Origin: Amoebophrya sp. A120
Taxonomy: Eukaryota > Protista > Dinoflagellata
Assembly (NCBI GenBank): GCA_905178155.1
Contig: CAJINV010000001.1
Coordinates: forward strand, 11,505,571 to 11,569,570
Length of the DNA: 64,000 bases
Direction: 5' to 3'
The notes beneath the pieces are model-generated. The model searched no databases and was not told where the DNA came from. It saw nothing but the letters and a program-made list of their open reading frames with translations. Of this stretch, positions 45,518-57,781 are shown piece after piece; position 1 is the first letter of the stretch, and every line of letters begins with the position of its first letter. The position numbers and the translations under genes were made by a program.

Positions 45518-46039
45518 GCTTGGTATACTAAAATCGCAACGCGGTTTTCAATATCAGCTCAGCCAGCAACTGCTGGATGATTGGTTCAACGAGTACACAT
45601 AAATTTCAATTTCAATTTCAATTTGAGGATCAAAAAAATACCAAAATTCCACTTAAATACATTGACTTTGCGCAAGTTCAAAAACGCCCAATCACATAGA
45701 AATTCACATTGGTCCACAGTAAAAAAAACTTCACCTCAATCATTTTGAAACTACACATATCTTCGCAGCGATTTCTAATTCTATACGAAAATTCTTTTCG
45801 ACACACCGGTAGGGACAGACACCAGGCCCGTTACGAACTACCTGCAGGTGTCCAGAAATATCATGCTGGAGTGTCGCAAGACGACACTAGGTCGGTGTAC
45901 GTGAACGACCCAAAAACACATAACGAACCGAATGATGTGGATTCCATTCTTACACACGAAAAGCCGTTGTCGTACTTACCTGAAAAATGGATACCACGAA
46001 AGAGGGCCCTAACGTATCAATCGATCCAAAATTATGGTG

Positions 46040-46189
46040 TCACAACAAAGCTGAAGGAGCCACTGCATCGACATCGACGAAATCTGTGATCCTTCTTCTT
46101 GTGCAACATCTCGTCCCTATCACGAGAAATTGCAATTTTTTCAAAGCGAAAGCACCAGCAACAAGAGGACCAAGATAGATACAACGCAT
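46040..46189 (-). CDS. Possible 49-aa peptide or gene remnant with signal-peptide-like start
   Basis: MRCIYLGPLVAGAFALK...; its ATG aligns with the ATG of the EF-hand gene within a duplicated 280-bp upstream block. Confidence 0.3.
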   Translation of the reverse strand: MRCIYLGPLVAGAFALKKLQFLVIGTRCCTRRRITDFVDVDAVAPSALL

Positions 46190-46463
46190 CCAGAGTTGTA
46201 TAGTGTGTAGATAGAGCCAGCGAAAAGCCCACACTCTCTCTTGTTTGGATCATAATAGAAGTTCGTGCGTAAGAAGGTACAAAGTCTCGTTTCTTGGAAA
46301 ACAGGAATCGTCTCCGTCGCTGGAGTCGCTCGAAATCTTCCCGACTAGCACCTCAGCCGAAAGACCGCGGCGGACAAGAAGTTCGTCAGAAAGTTGCTTT
46401 TCTGTCCGTCTTCATGAACTACGAATCCGATCGACCAACACAAACATTTTTTATTTCAGGTTT
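46184..46463. repeat. ~280-bp direct repeat, copy A (other copy 50683..50963)
   Basis: Shared blocks ACGCATCCAGAGT, GTCGCTCGAAATC.TCCCGACTA, AGACCGCGG, GTCAGAAAGTTGCTTTTCTGTCCGT, CATTTTTTATTTCAGGTTT in the same order. Confidence 0.85.
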
Positions 46464-47740
46464 GTACAGAAACTGACGTAGCTGAAGAGCTGCAAGTCGT
46501 AAAAGGTTGAATTTGGCTGCTATTTTTCATCTGAAGTTGGTTCTACAGGAGCTCGAGCTTGTTGCTGTTCGTTGTTCTTGTTACAAATAAATAATGACTC
46601 ATCGTCGCTAGTCGTAGTCGTTACATAATTCGAGTTCAAATTCGTCGGACTTGGAGTGGCACTTCTGTCAAAAACATAAATACGCAAACTGTCGCGTAGT
46701 AAAAGTCAGTGGTCGCGTGCTCCGTGCAGATTCTCCACGGAAGAGGTTAGCGATACTCTGTCTCCCGCCGGCCAGTGTCGCACTACACTTTTACGCTCAG
46801 ACAGTTTTCTGAGCGTGGGTACGCAGGTTTCAGCTCGCTTTCGTTTATGTATCCAAATCGTTTGTCCCCGTGCTGTTGCAACCGTATTTGGTAACCTCCA
46901 CGCTTAGATAATTTTGGTTGTACGCGTACCGTAAGGGAAACCACGCACTTTGTTGCTCTACTTGACTGTAAAAAACTCATTTTTGGTTTACACGGTTGTG
47001 ATGTCAGCTGTGGTTGCTCGTCTGATAATTTCAAATTTTGTCTTTGCATTTATTGTGAAGGGTAGTGTAACAAGAAGGTGCTCTGCCTAGTCCTCATTTT
47101 GAAAAGCAAATTTAAAGTCAGAAAACGAGTGGTGAAGCTTTGCACTTTCGTTAACGACGAATGCGCGTGGGTCTGGGCTGAGACCCCGCAGATTTGACGT
47201 TTTGGTGAAGTGACGGTAGATGAAGTTGTGATCGACCACCAGCCGCCCCTTATCTTAATGAAGATCGGCAGATCGGCTGTGCACTTCTACGCGGCTCGGT
47301 ATGGGACAACACTGGCGCAGTTGAGTGAGGTTTTTTATCTCCTCGATTCATTTTCCGGCAGCGTCAAAATCTAGGTCGACACTTCACCTAGTCAAGGAAT
47401 ACATCTTTCGAAATGGTCAATAAGCTTAAATCAAATTCTCAGAAATATTTACAGATACTTCATCAAGAACAGAGGACCATCTGACTTCTACATATCAATT
47501 GCAGCTAGGTCTCTCTTCTCACTTTCAATTTGATGCAACTTCCAGGAGCGGTTCGTAAATTTTCCATAAAGGTGAAACGTGAAGTGCGCCTGATATTTAA
47601 AAATTATTCAATCATTCTTCTCCTAATTCGAAAAGTTGTCGCCGTCGCCAAAGTAGAAATGAATAGAACTAGGCAACTCGTCCCCCTCCCCCTCCTCAAA
47701 CGATAGGTAGTGCGCAATTCCCCTCGAGCAAAATAAGCCG

Positions 47741-49346
47741 CCTTTCTGCGCCGCACTAGTCGACCATGGCTGCGGCGGGTATGACTTGAAAGTACGACTT
47801 GCGGGTGAGCCATGCTTCAGCTTCGTGGCGCCGCTGTTATTTGGGTGGGTTTTCTGCTTTGCGCGATAAGGTAATTGCGCTCTATGCATTCACGGTGAAA
47901 GAGTGGCGCGCGGCACTTACTTCAACTTGCACGCAAAAGGCGAGAGCGTAAAAAGTTGCAGCTCCTTGCGGTCGCGTTAGCTTTTTGCTGCCTGTTGACA
48001 CAGTACAAACACTTTATACCATTCGCATTCCCTCGCCGTTGTGGTGGTACAGAGTCTAGTGGTCGAGCCGCTAAGTAAATCAAAAGAACACCACTCAGCG
48101 TCGCCCTCCAAAAGGGATTGCACCTCGTTGTACTAGAGGGTGACACTCAGAGACAGGTCCGCGAGAGAAAGCAAGCTAGGCAGTACACAGATCGTGCTGA
48201 CACGGCAAGAGCGCGCCCCTGCTCGTTAGTCGATCTGAGTAAATTTTGGTCTTTGAAATAGAGCTCCATTTGTCATCAACCGGAACGGCGAATCTTCTGA
48301 AGAGACGAGAGGACACACAGACATGCTTCGGAATGAATCCAAGTTGCAGCAAGTCACTGCCGAGGAATGACAGCACGTGACAAACAAAATGCGAAATACC
48401 AGAGGCACTTTCGGCCAGGCAAAATTGCTCGTCCTAGTTGCGCCTCCCTTGGCTCTGCTACCCCGCAAGCTGAAATAGATTCAGCTGGTGCTTCTAAATA
48501 GAGGCGGTCGTGGCGATCAAGAACTTCGGCACTGAACTCGCGCTGTTTCTGTTATACGTATGACCTAAGATTGCTCACCACGGCGCTGGGGGTTGGTTGT
48601 TCTGTGTGCTGAAAAAATGAATGCTTAATTAGCAAAAGCAGAGCATCCGCCTTGCTCCAATAAAAAACGGCATGACATACTGAAAGCTTCGTAGAAACTT
48701 CGGACGTCATAAATTAAAGCACTTACTGAAAATAGATCTTCATCTCGCTCGGCAGAAAAGCTTGCTCGTGTGGTCGATGAGTCGGCCGCTGGAGTTCGCA
48801 TGCGTCCTCGAAGAAGATCGCGGGACGAGGTGCAGCCGTCAGCCCTTCATTCTCAGGCACAAATAATCAAGGTCCCCGCCTCGCAACTTCAGGCGTCGAG
48901 CTGTCATGAGTTTTAGTTGGGAGCCGTCGTCCTTCACAACAACAATTTCAAATTAGTTCAATTAGTACCTCTACGGCATTACAAAGAACTAGCTGGCTCG
49001 CGTTCCGAGTTCATTGTCGCATACAGGTAAACACAACCAGAAAGTGCTGCGTGGCAAATAAAACTGCAAAACAAAATACCGAAAGAATTGCTCTGTGTGC
49101 CGTTTTGCGCCGCATCAGTCGACAGTAGTAGTTGCGGATATGAATTGAAATCAGGCGCGAAGTTGCAGATGAGCCATGCTTCAGCTTCGCTGCGCCGCTG
49201 TTATTTGGGTTGATTTGTTGCTAGAGTGATTCATTGATTTACTTAGTTGGATAGGGTGGTGACTACGCAACGGCAACTAGTACGAGCTTGATGAAAATAC
49301 TTAAATGGCGGCACTCGAAGAAAATCGCGGGACGAGGTGCAGCCGT
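47741..49346. repeat. Degenerate non-coding direct repeats (47741-47858 ~ 49100-49222; 48807-48839 ~ 49314-49346)
   Basis: TGAGCCATGCTTCAGCTTCG...GCGCCGCTGTTATTTGGGT and CTCGAAGAA.ATCGCGGGACGAGGTGCAGCCGT each occur twice. Confidence 0.8.
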
Positions 49347-49645
49347 TGGCGGAAAGTAGATCGGGAGCGAATTGTACTGCGGGGACTACCCTGGTGCTGA
49401 CGTCTGGGATCATTCATCTGCAATCTAGAGGAGGTCGGGGCTGGTGCTGGGAAGGTGGTTTCATGGCGTTGCTAATGTCAGCGAGTCCAGATCCAGGACC
49501 CGGAGAGGAGAAATTCCCTCATGCACCTGCTTCCGAGACGACAAACTTTCTCTTACTTTAGTGAAACCTGCGTGGCTAAGCCCACGAGCTTTTTTCCCCC
49601 GGCGGTTGCACCAGGCAGAGGACGCGAGGAGGATCGGCTCAGGGC

Positions 49646-50688
49646 TCATATCGTCCCCTCGGCAACATCCTCGATAGCCAGGAGTTGATTCTGCGTCGGG
49701 TGCTGTGCGTTGTAATTGTCGGGTAATTCTTCGATAGTGACGGTGCTCTGCGTCTGCTGCAACTCTTTGCGCAGCTCTTTTCTCTGCTGCCTCCTCCTCT
49801 GGCGGGCGGTCGCTGCGTCTTCGTGGCACGTGACACGTATTCCACATTCCTCTTCGTCTCCCTCTTCCTGGACAGCCGGATTGCAACAGCACGACAACAA
49901 CCACGAGGTCTGCTCAAGAAAAGCCAACTGACTGGCTTTCTCCAAAGTGCTGCTGGCCGCGGTTGTCACAGTGGAAGTCGACGCGTCCTCCTTCGCCGCC
50001 GGTTTTTCACAGCGACAGTGCTCCTCCAGTTCCGCCTTGGACATAAAGCCGTCCTTGTCCAAGTCCACTTTTGTCATCGGACACACACCTCCATTTTCCT
50101 TCTCGCTGACCTGGCGGTCCCCGTTTGTGTCGAGCTGGGCGATCACCTTCTCCGCCATTTCGGTCACGTTGGCGGGGGGGGGGGGGCGCTGGACGAAGCA
50201 GTACTAGCGGGAGCCGTCTTCTCCTCTTTTTCCGCTTCCGACTTCGGGCCGCTGTAGCCGTACACGGACCCGGCGGTCCCCTGGTCCACGAACGAAGTTG
50301 ACGTGACCTCCCCCGGACCGTTGATGATCACCTCGCCCGTGTCCTGCGACTGCGAATGATCATGTTGATCCGAGGACTTAAGGCCCGCCTTGTTCTCGTC
50401 CCAACCGGGACGCGAAGACCCATCCGCTTCATCTTGGTGGATCGCAGCTCCTGGCGACGTTCCGCGTAGATGCGTCGCTGCGGTCATGTCCTCCTGCTTT
50501 ACCGCAAAGGCGGAGGTCGCCGAGTAGCCCAAATTTCCGCCGAAGACCCACAGGACGAGTTGTAGGCGGGACGGCAGAGAATAGACTCGGCTGGTGGAAG
50601 AGAGCGCGAACATCTTTTGGAGTTGGTTTCGACAACAAGCGCAGGTTGCGTATAGATACTTTGCTGTCGTACGAGAAGTCTTACGCAT
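49646..50688 (-). CDS. Putative secreted two-EF-hand protein, frameshifted at a C13 run (assembly error or pseudogene)
   Basis: ORF 50164..50688 has a hydrophobic leader ending SAFA-VK. ORF 49646..50167 has EF loops DTNGDRQVSEKE and DLDKDGFMSKAE. The frames join if the G13 run at 50174-50186 is 14 or 11 nt. Confidence 0.7.
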
Positions 50689-50963
50689 CCAGAGTGAGAG
50701 TTGTTACACATGTGTATGTGATGAACTACAAGCCAACGAAAAGGCTACACTCTCTCTCTTCCCTCTAGTTCTAGTTTCGAACTTCGTCTAAGTACGACGT
50801 CGACTCGAGAACAGCGATCGTCTTTGTCGCGTTCGTCGCTCGAAATCCTCCCGACTAACAACTTTCTTACCCACGAGACCGCGGTGGAGAACAAGTTTGT
50901 CAGAAAGTTGCTTTTCTGTCCGTGGTAAACTAGTACGAATCAATCATTTTTTATTTCAGGTTT
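50683..50963. repeat. ~280-bp direct repeat, copy B (upstream region of EF-hand gene)
   Basis: Same shared blocks as copy A at 46184..46463. Confidence 0.85.
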
Positions 50964-51649
50964 CGAACTTGATGTTCTTTCATCCCGGCGGCAGCCCTCG
51001 CATACAGTAGGAACCGGCTCAAAAAACAACCTTGCCAAGAAGGGCTGGTGATAGCGATGAGGCACGTCAAAAAATTGGACGGCGAGCGGGGGATCCCCTA
51101 CCTGCAATTGTCCCTTCATCACACGGGGCCTTTGTTCGCAGCTCCTTATTTTGCTGCAGTAGAGCACTTTTTTTGTACTTATGTTGATGTTGCGATACTA
51201 GGCATCCCTTCTTGGTACTTCCTGACGTCTCCTACTGAGTGCTCGGGGATGATTTTGCTACTTCGTCTCCCGGCCAGGCTTCGGAAAACGCTTCTGGTCC
51301 CCGATTCCTTCGGAGGCGCTGTATTTTGCGCAGCTGCGAAACCTCTACATGTGATCACCCTGAGGTTGATCACATCAAACTGGACCCAACTTTTTTCTCT
51401 ACGAGTAATCATGATCTAAAAACGAGGGTAAGGTAATCCTGATCTTGTAATGGTAATCAAAGTAAACGCGTAAAAATTCGTCACATCAGGTAGTTTTCAT
51501 AACACCAAATCATAAAAACTTCTTTGTCTTCAAGATTTCTTCAAGTCGCGAAAAGCTTCCATTGGCCTCCAATCATGGTGTGACTATGGTGGCAAGGCAG
51601 GCTCTCTTGAAGTCCGAAGATGGCGAATCTCAATGGATTGTTCGAAGAC

Positions 51650-52837
51650 CTACATCAGCTTCTTGATGATATCCGCTTCGACCAGGTCTCCCTTATCGTT
51701 TGCCTGGACCTCGCACTGGATCTGTAGTGAGGGAATCGAAGACAAAAAATCAGTTTTGCGTTTGGTAAACCTTCTCCTCGCAACAACCATCATACATAGA
51801 GAGATTGAGGATTACGAGATCGTGTGTGTCAGACAAGAAGAACAAGAAGCGACTCGTACGGAATAAAAAAATCAATTGTGTGCTCGCTTCTACTTTAGGC
51901 GAGCGAGTAACTGTTTGTCGTACTAACTATGTTCCTGCGGAATAAAAAAATCAAAAGATTCAATACTCCGGTGAAAGTCTTCCGGAGAACGTCCTTGCTG
52001 GAGGCATACAACATCTTCTCCTTTACTCCACAGTCGTCTGGGCACCTGAAATACAAGGAAGCAACTGAAACAGCAACATCTTACTTTATCATAGATACAG
52101 GAATGCAAATGGATGCACGTGTCCGTGACCTTGCATAATTTAATGAATTGCATGTGTTGCAGCAGCTATTACGCGGTCAAAATGGGTCCGCATACTGACG
52201 AGGAAGTAAAGGCGAAATGCTTCAACACGACGAAAAAAAAAAACAATTCGTACCAGAAAACGAAGACCATCTTTGAAGTCTCGGCGCCGGTTTTGGCAGT
52301 AAAAGGAACATCCACGAGGCAATACAATGGCTTTCCTGCTGGCAATATTCCAAGGAAATCGGCGTACCTTATGATTCAGTGGAGAGCGAGGTTGGAAGGA
52401 GAAAGAAGCTCCGCCTCCGGGAAGAGCGAGGATGGATGAAACAAATGGAATGCAAAAAAAAAGCAAATTGTGCTTCCATCACGGTGGTGCTACTGTTTAT
52501 ACGTTTTTGACTTGTCCGCCTGTGCGACTGGGACGATGGTCTTCTTGTCCTTGATCTCGAAAGTTAAGTATCGGAGGTTGTGCTGTTGAGTGTTTATGTT
52601 TATCGATGTCGTCGATTTCTACTTACATGTGTATCTGTATGACGTAAATAAGCATTTACGTGAATGCCTCCAGGAGGAGGTGCATGCAGAAGATGTACTA
52701 CATGCACACGTCGCACCGGGCTTTCGTTTTTCAGATTCGGCACTTAGCCATGCGATCCAATATACCAGTACCTTAAGCTGCATCTGCGTGAAAAGCTCCT
52801 TGCAGCCATCGCCGAGAACGACACCAGACATCGACAT
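51650..52837 (-). CDS. ADF: Actin-depolymerising factor / cofilin, 5 exons
   Basis: Hand-spliced through four GT-AG introns: MSMSGVVLGDGCKELFTQMQLK|HNLRYLTFEIKDKKTIV...KT|YADFLGILPAGKPLYCLVD...KMVFVFW|CPDDCGVKEKMLYASSKDVLRKTFTG|IQCEVQANDKGDL...KKLM*. Confidence 0.93.
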
Positions 52838-53926
52838 GTTAACAAGGTTTTTTTTTTTGAAGGAGCGGAGAGCTGCTCAGCCTTCAAGAAAATTCCAGCT
52901 ACAATACCAACGTGGTTCAACTAGAGGTAGACCTGCCCGAACTCGAAGAACGGGCCAATAGAAAAAGTTATTGTTAGCCTCTTCGTCTTCGGTAGCGTCT
53001 TGAAGTCAAAGGTTGATGCCAAGAAGTTGCTGTGTAGTACGTAGAGACTTGGACAAAAATAAAAAACCACTTTCAAAATCGATGCGCCGGAGAAGTTCCT
53101 CCCTTGTACGCACAGAAATGGCTCTACTCAATCCAATTTGTATGCTGTGCTATACTGTATGTTTCACTGAAGACTGCTTCCTGCTGTTTGGAAACTTCAA
53201 ATCGTTATTTTGCAAAACGGTGCATCTTCTCTTCTGGTTAGAGGCGTTGCGTTTTTCTCAGCGGCCGGCATCGTTCGATCGGTATAAATCTCATGTTGAT
53301 CCTGATCGCGGTGGAATACGTCGCGGACGCGGAGTCGCATCTCATACATAATGTGAGTCGATCCATTTTACCTGTGCTGCGGGGCGGCTCATAGTGCTCA
53401 TGTTGCTTAGTATTTTGGCTCTACCGAATTGTGTTTGGTCGGCAGGAAAAGACAGTTGTTTGAATTCATTGTCTGTCTCCGCAATAGATTAAGATTCTCC
53501 GAAGAAGAACGGATTTGCTCGTTAACAAGCAAAAAACGAACACCAAATCAACTGCACCAAGTCAGTGGTGTAATTCAGTCGAAGAACTAGCGCGCGATCC
53601 TTCATCGACTAAGCCGCGTCGTGACTGTGATCTTCTTCATACTACTCACTAGCGATTGCCGCCCTGGGTTCGTCAACATATTGCCCTGCTTCTAGCCAGA
53701 GATCAAACCAGCACTGCGTTCCGTAAAACATCAAGGATGTTCGTAGTGCTACAACATGCTCAGTGGACGAGGAGAGAGGAGCACCCGATTTTTCTCGTTT
53801 TGAAAAAATCATTCTCAGCGTAGCAAAGCGGGAGGCAGAAGAGGAGCGATTCTTGTGTGGCGCTTTACAGTCAACATCTCCAGCTCCTCCTGCTTGTGCT
53901 TGTTTAAACGTGCTGTTCTTTTTCAT

Positions 53927-55146
53927 CTACCCGCTCGTGTCCATGGCGTCGCCGCCCGCGGCGGCAGCCGGCGCAGCTCCGTCGTTGCACTTCGTTACGT
54001 ACGGTTGCAGCTCTGCTTCGGAAAGAAGTTTCCAGCCCATACCAGGGCCCACGATGGACACGTCGATGTTCTTGGTCGTCATTTCGGTGTCTTGCTCGAT
54101 CGTTACGTGGATGGCCTTTACCGCGTGCCCGATCAGTTTCTCCAGAGACTCCTCGGGAAAGGTCTCAAAATGCTTCTCCAAGTACGTTTTTGCGGGCTGT
54201 GCCCGCCCGCCAATCGCCATAGCCTTGTACTCGTAGAAATCGCCAGAGGGGGAGGTCTCGTAGATGGCCGCCTGTTGCGAGGTGATTTTCATCAAATGCA
54301 GATTCACTTCCGTCACGCTAACAAGAAGTACAAGGACATGCACCATCATAAGTATACACTCTTGCACACCCCCTACATCTTCCGCAGAACAACATGAATG
54401 GAAAACAGGATCTGTATACTGTTTTGCGAGGGCGGCAAGCCACGGATCCTACAGCAGTGTATCAGTATGACTACTTCACAGAAGTAAAAGTTGGAAAATA
54501 AATCGATAGTTCCACCACCAACTGTACCTTTTTCAAGTCCTCCTGGTATCCCTGGATGAGAAGCCCCACACCGTATGGCCTCTTGCCGGCTTGTAGCGTT
54601 TTCATTTGTGCCTTGTCCCCGATCTGAGAAACCAACCTCCCCACGTTCATCGGCCCATCGTAGACGTATTTGTGCTCCAAGCATTCCGATCTGAAGATAT
54701 GAATAATTCTAGGTGTAGGTTGCTTCGACCACAGATGCAGGTCTCTATTCTCATTAGTACTCCTTACAGATCTCAGCGTGAAGCAGCATAATGTCGTAGC
54801 TGTAGTTTCAATAAAAGTGTTTCTTTTGAGCAAAAGATCACGCGGACAGGGAGTAGCAGATGCAACAGCAACAGTACCGCATGTAATCCGCCAAGACTCT
54901 TGCGTCGGCCGTCAGCCCGGCGATCGCGATGCCGCAATGGTCGTCGATCTTGAAGAGTTTCTCATCGTAGGAAGAAAACTCGGACTGCTGCTTCTTTTTG
55001 AAGCCCGCAAGCAGGCCGTATTTGTTGCTGCACAATCCGACAATAACGGTTCCGTTTGTCACTGCCGCGCATGCGTGCCGGATTTGCGGAATGTCGCCCT
55101 GCGGGGACCAGGTGGTGCAATCTTTGTCGTATTGACCGGAATGCAT
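53927..55146 (-). CDS. PSMA1: 20S proteasome subunit alpha type-1 (alpha6/PRE5-like), 3 exons
   Basis: QYDxDxTTWSPQG, IDDHCGIAIAGLTADARVL, RPYGVGLL, AMAIGGRAQPAKTYLEKHF; two GT-AG introns. Confidence 0.9.
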
Positions 55147-55843
55147 TTTGATGCCAGTCGCAGGTCTTTAGTTTCGCGGTGGGATAGTATAGTACTAGGC
55201 AAAGGTGTCGCGGGGATAGATCGATAAATTCACTCAGGGTCAGGAGTAAAAGAGGAGCTAAAACTTGTTCTGGAAGTGACACAAGCGATGAAAATGTGAT
55301 TTGGGAAATGTCGATGGTTGTTTTGTCGCCAAGAGAGATGAGTACTCTTCTACACCGTAAAAAGTCATCTACCCAGTTAGAAGATCGCTGGTTTATGAAA
55401 GATACAGGGGAATAGAGTGAGCTGACATCTGCTCAAAATCGTAGAAATAATTCCTCTTCGTGAGATAGCCAGCCAAAATCATCGCTACGGCCAACGACTA
55501 TTGTCGTTTATCGGAGAATTTTATGAAAGTAGGTACACTAAGATACGGATCGTCTTGCTCCTGATTGTGAAATGGCAACAAAACGGATGCACTTCTTGAT
55601 CGAAAAGGATCCGGCAAACAAGCAAGTGCTGGATGTAGATGATCATCTTGATGTCTCAATAGATACACATATTTTCGCTAGCTGTCTTGTTGGTCGCAAA
55701 CAATAGTATGGAACAACGACTACTTACTCAGCCGACGGAATTTTCAGTCTTTCTTATCGTGACTGTCCTGAATCGAGATGAAGGATTTGGGCGTGCGGCC
55801 ACCTCTGAAGCAATTGCAAGAAAAAGTGATGAATTATTGGACT

Positions 55844-57334
55844 TTAATATTGTCGCCGCCTCGACGCGCATTTCTTTTCAAGCTTCTCCCAACGCGGCGC
55901 CCAGATTTTGCACAGTTTCTCAAATGTCTCTTCCGTCAACGAACGTATCAGACGGACACGCTGCTGCAGCTTTTGCAGCACATTTTGTCCCGAAAGAACG
56001 TCGTTGTGGTCGCGCCAGCTGCGGTTTGAGGCTTCATCGGTGACGATTTCCGACTGGAACATTTTCTGTGAGACGGATTTTTCTGCGCGGGCGGCTTCCT
56101 TCTTCAGTCGCACCGTGTCTCGATGCAGGACCAGGGCGGCCTTATTAGCGGGCTCGAATTGAAGCAACGTGTGAAGGACCTCGAGTGCGCGCGGCAAATC
56201 ATCCTTCGCGGCGCTCTCTTTCAACGCGAGCGCTTTTCGGTACAGCGCTTTGATGAGAAACGGGTGTATTTTCTCTTGATCTTGATCCACTTGTTCATCG
56301 AATGCATTATGACCGGACCCAAAATCTGATGTTGATCTTCCCGTATTTTCTTCCAATGCAGCGCTGTCTTTGTCACCGTTTTCTTTCTCCATGTTCTCGT
56401 CGTGGTCCGCTTCACCAGCGATTGTCTTCAAACAGGACGAGGGTAGCTCCACATAACTTCGTTGTCGTTCGTCTGATTGCAGCTTGGACGAAGTAGAGCA
56501 GATATTAGAACCGCTTCGTCGATTCTGTTCCTGGGCCGCGGCTTCCTGGAACAGCTTTCCAGCCCGGACTGCTGCCGTTCTGTAGTCTGGAAACCTACTC
56601 TCGAGAACCTTATCGCACTCCTCGACCGCCTTGGCAAACACCTTCGTTTTGAGGTAGCACTGCGCGAGGTTCAACCGAGTTGCGTGCTCTAAGTTGGAAA
56701 GCTCCTCCAGCTTGTTGCCTGCGTACCCTGCCTTGCTCCGCACGTAGGCGATAGACTGGAGGCTCCTCTCCCAGCATTCCACGGCCTTCGCAAAGTCGCC
56801 CCGCACATACCATTCCTTGCCGTCCACGGATTCGTCGGCCTCCCCTGCTTGATCATGTCTTGCATTTAGTTTTTCTCCTTCCTGCCTTTGTTCCCCGACC
56901 GTGCTGACCTGCCTTTGGGGCGTGGGAATACTCGACTGAGCCAGTTCTTGTTTATTTCCGCTAGGATCTACTATCAGTGGTGCTGTGCCAGCTCGCTTCC
57001 GTTCGTCAGAGCCAGCAGGAGCTGCAGCTGACTCTTGGGTGATACGATTTGCCGCATCAACAGCTTCTGGCGGTTCTTCCCTTTCGTCGACGTCTTCTAG
57101 TGCGGCTTTTGAGAACGAAGATCTTTCATTCGAATCATCATCGGCGGGGGTAGCTGTGAGCACGTCTTTATTCACATCGCTATCACTTTCGTCACTGCTG
57201 GATTCGTCGTAGTCCACCTTCATCGGCCTTGTGAAAGGGTCGGAAGCCGGATTGAAAGAGCGCGGCAAATCGTCTGGTGTGGTCGAATCGCCTGCCATCT
57301 TTTCTTTGATGCTATATACGATTTTGTCTCTCAT
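55844..57334 (-). CDS. TPR-repeat protein (immunophilin/co-chaperone-type TPR)
   Basis: GKEWYVRGDFAKAVECW, LNLAQCYLKTKVFAKAVEECDKVLE, KALYRKALAL...EPANKAA; acidic N-terminus. Confidence 0.8.
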   Translation of the reverse strand: MRDKIVYSIKEKMAGDSTTPDDLPRSFNPASDPFTRPMKVDYDESSSDESDSDVNKDVLTATPADDDSNERSSFSKAALEDVDEREEPPEAVDAANRITQESAAAPAGSDERKRAGTAPLIVDPSGNKQELAQSSIPTPQRQVSTVGEQRQEGEKLNARHDQAGEADESVDGKEWYVRGDFAKAVECWERSLQSIAYVRSKAGYAGNKLEELSNLEHATRLNLAQCYLKTKVFAKAVEECDKVLESRFPDYRTAAVRAGKLFQEAAAQEQNRRSGSNICSTSSKLQSDERQRSYVELPSSCLKTIAGEADHDENMEKENGDKDSAALEENTGRSTSDFGSGHNAFDEQVDQDQEKIHPFLIKALYRKALALKESAAKDDLPRALEVLHTLLQFEPANKAALVLHRDTVRLKKEAARAEKSVSQKMFQSEIVTDEASNRSWRDHNDVLSGQNVLQKLQQRVRLIRSLTEETFEKLCKIWAPRWEKLEKKCASRRRQY

Positions 57335-57781
57335 GATGTGACGTTTTTCTCTGTCTATCTGACAAAAACAAAATCAGAATCGAAGATGTCAGTCCTTCGT
57401 ACCAACAGCACGACTGCCTGCGTTAGAGACTCATGCACATGCTGTCAGCATGTGCATGAGTGTGCGGCTCAAAAAAAAAAAAATCATTATAGCAGTCAAC
57501 CACAATAGAAAGAAAGCAGATAGAAACAAAGGCCTTCTTCTATTTTGCTTTTGCATTATCAGTCAAAATGATCATGAAGCGAATTGCTTTGTGCGCCGCC
57601 GCGACCATGACCGCGAACTCTTGTGTGCCGCGGAGAACATAGACTCGTCTGAGTCACCCTGCTCAGCGAAGATACTTAGCCCAACCTCGTTGGATTTTCC
57701 TAGATTTGCAAAAGAAAAATGCGCGAAGAAGCACGACTCCTTCCATAAGATATTTTATTGCCTTTTTTTATTTCTTTGCGC

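Noticed and set aside
46783-47049. 88-aa ORF in the gene-free region
   Set aside because: AT-rich, unlike neighbouring coding sequence, no recognisable motif.
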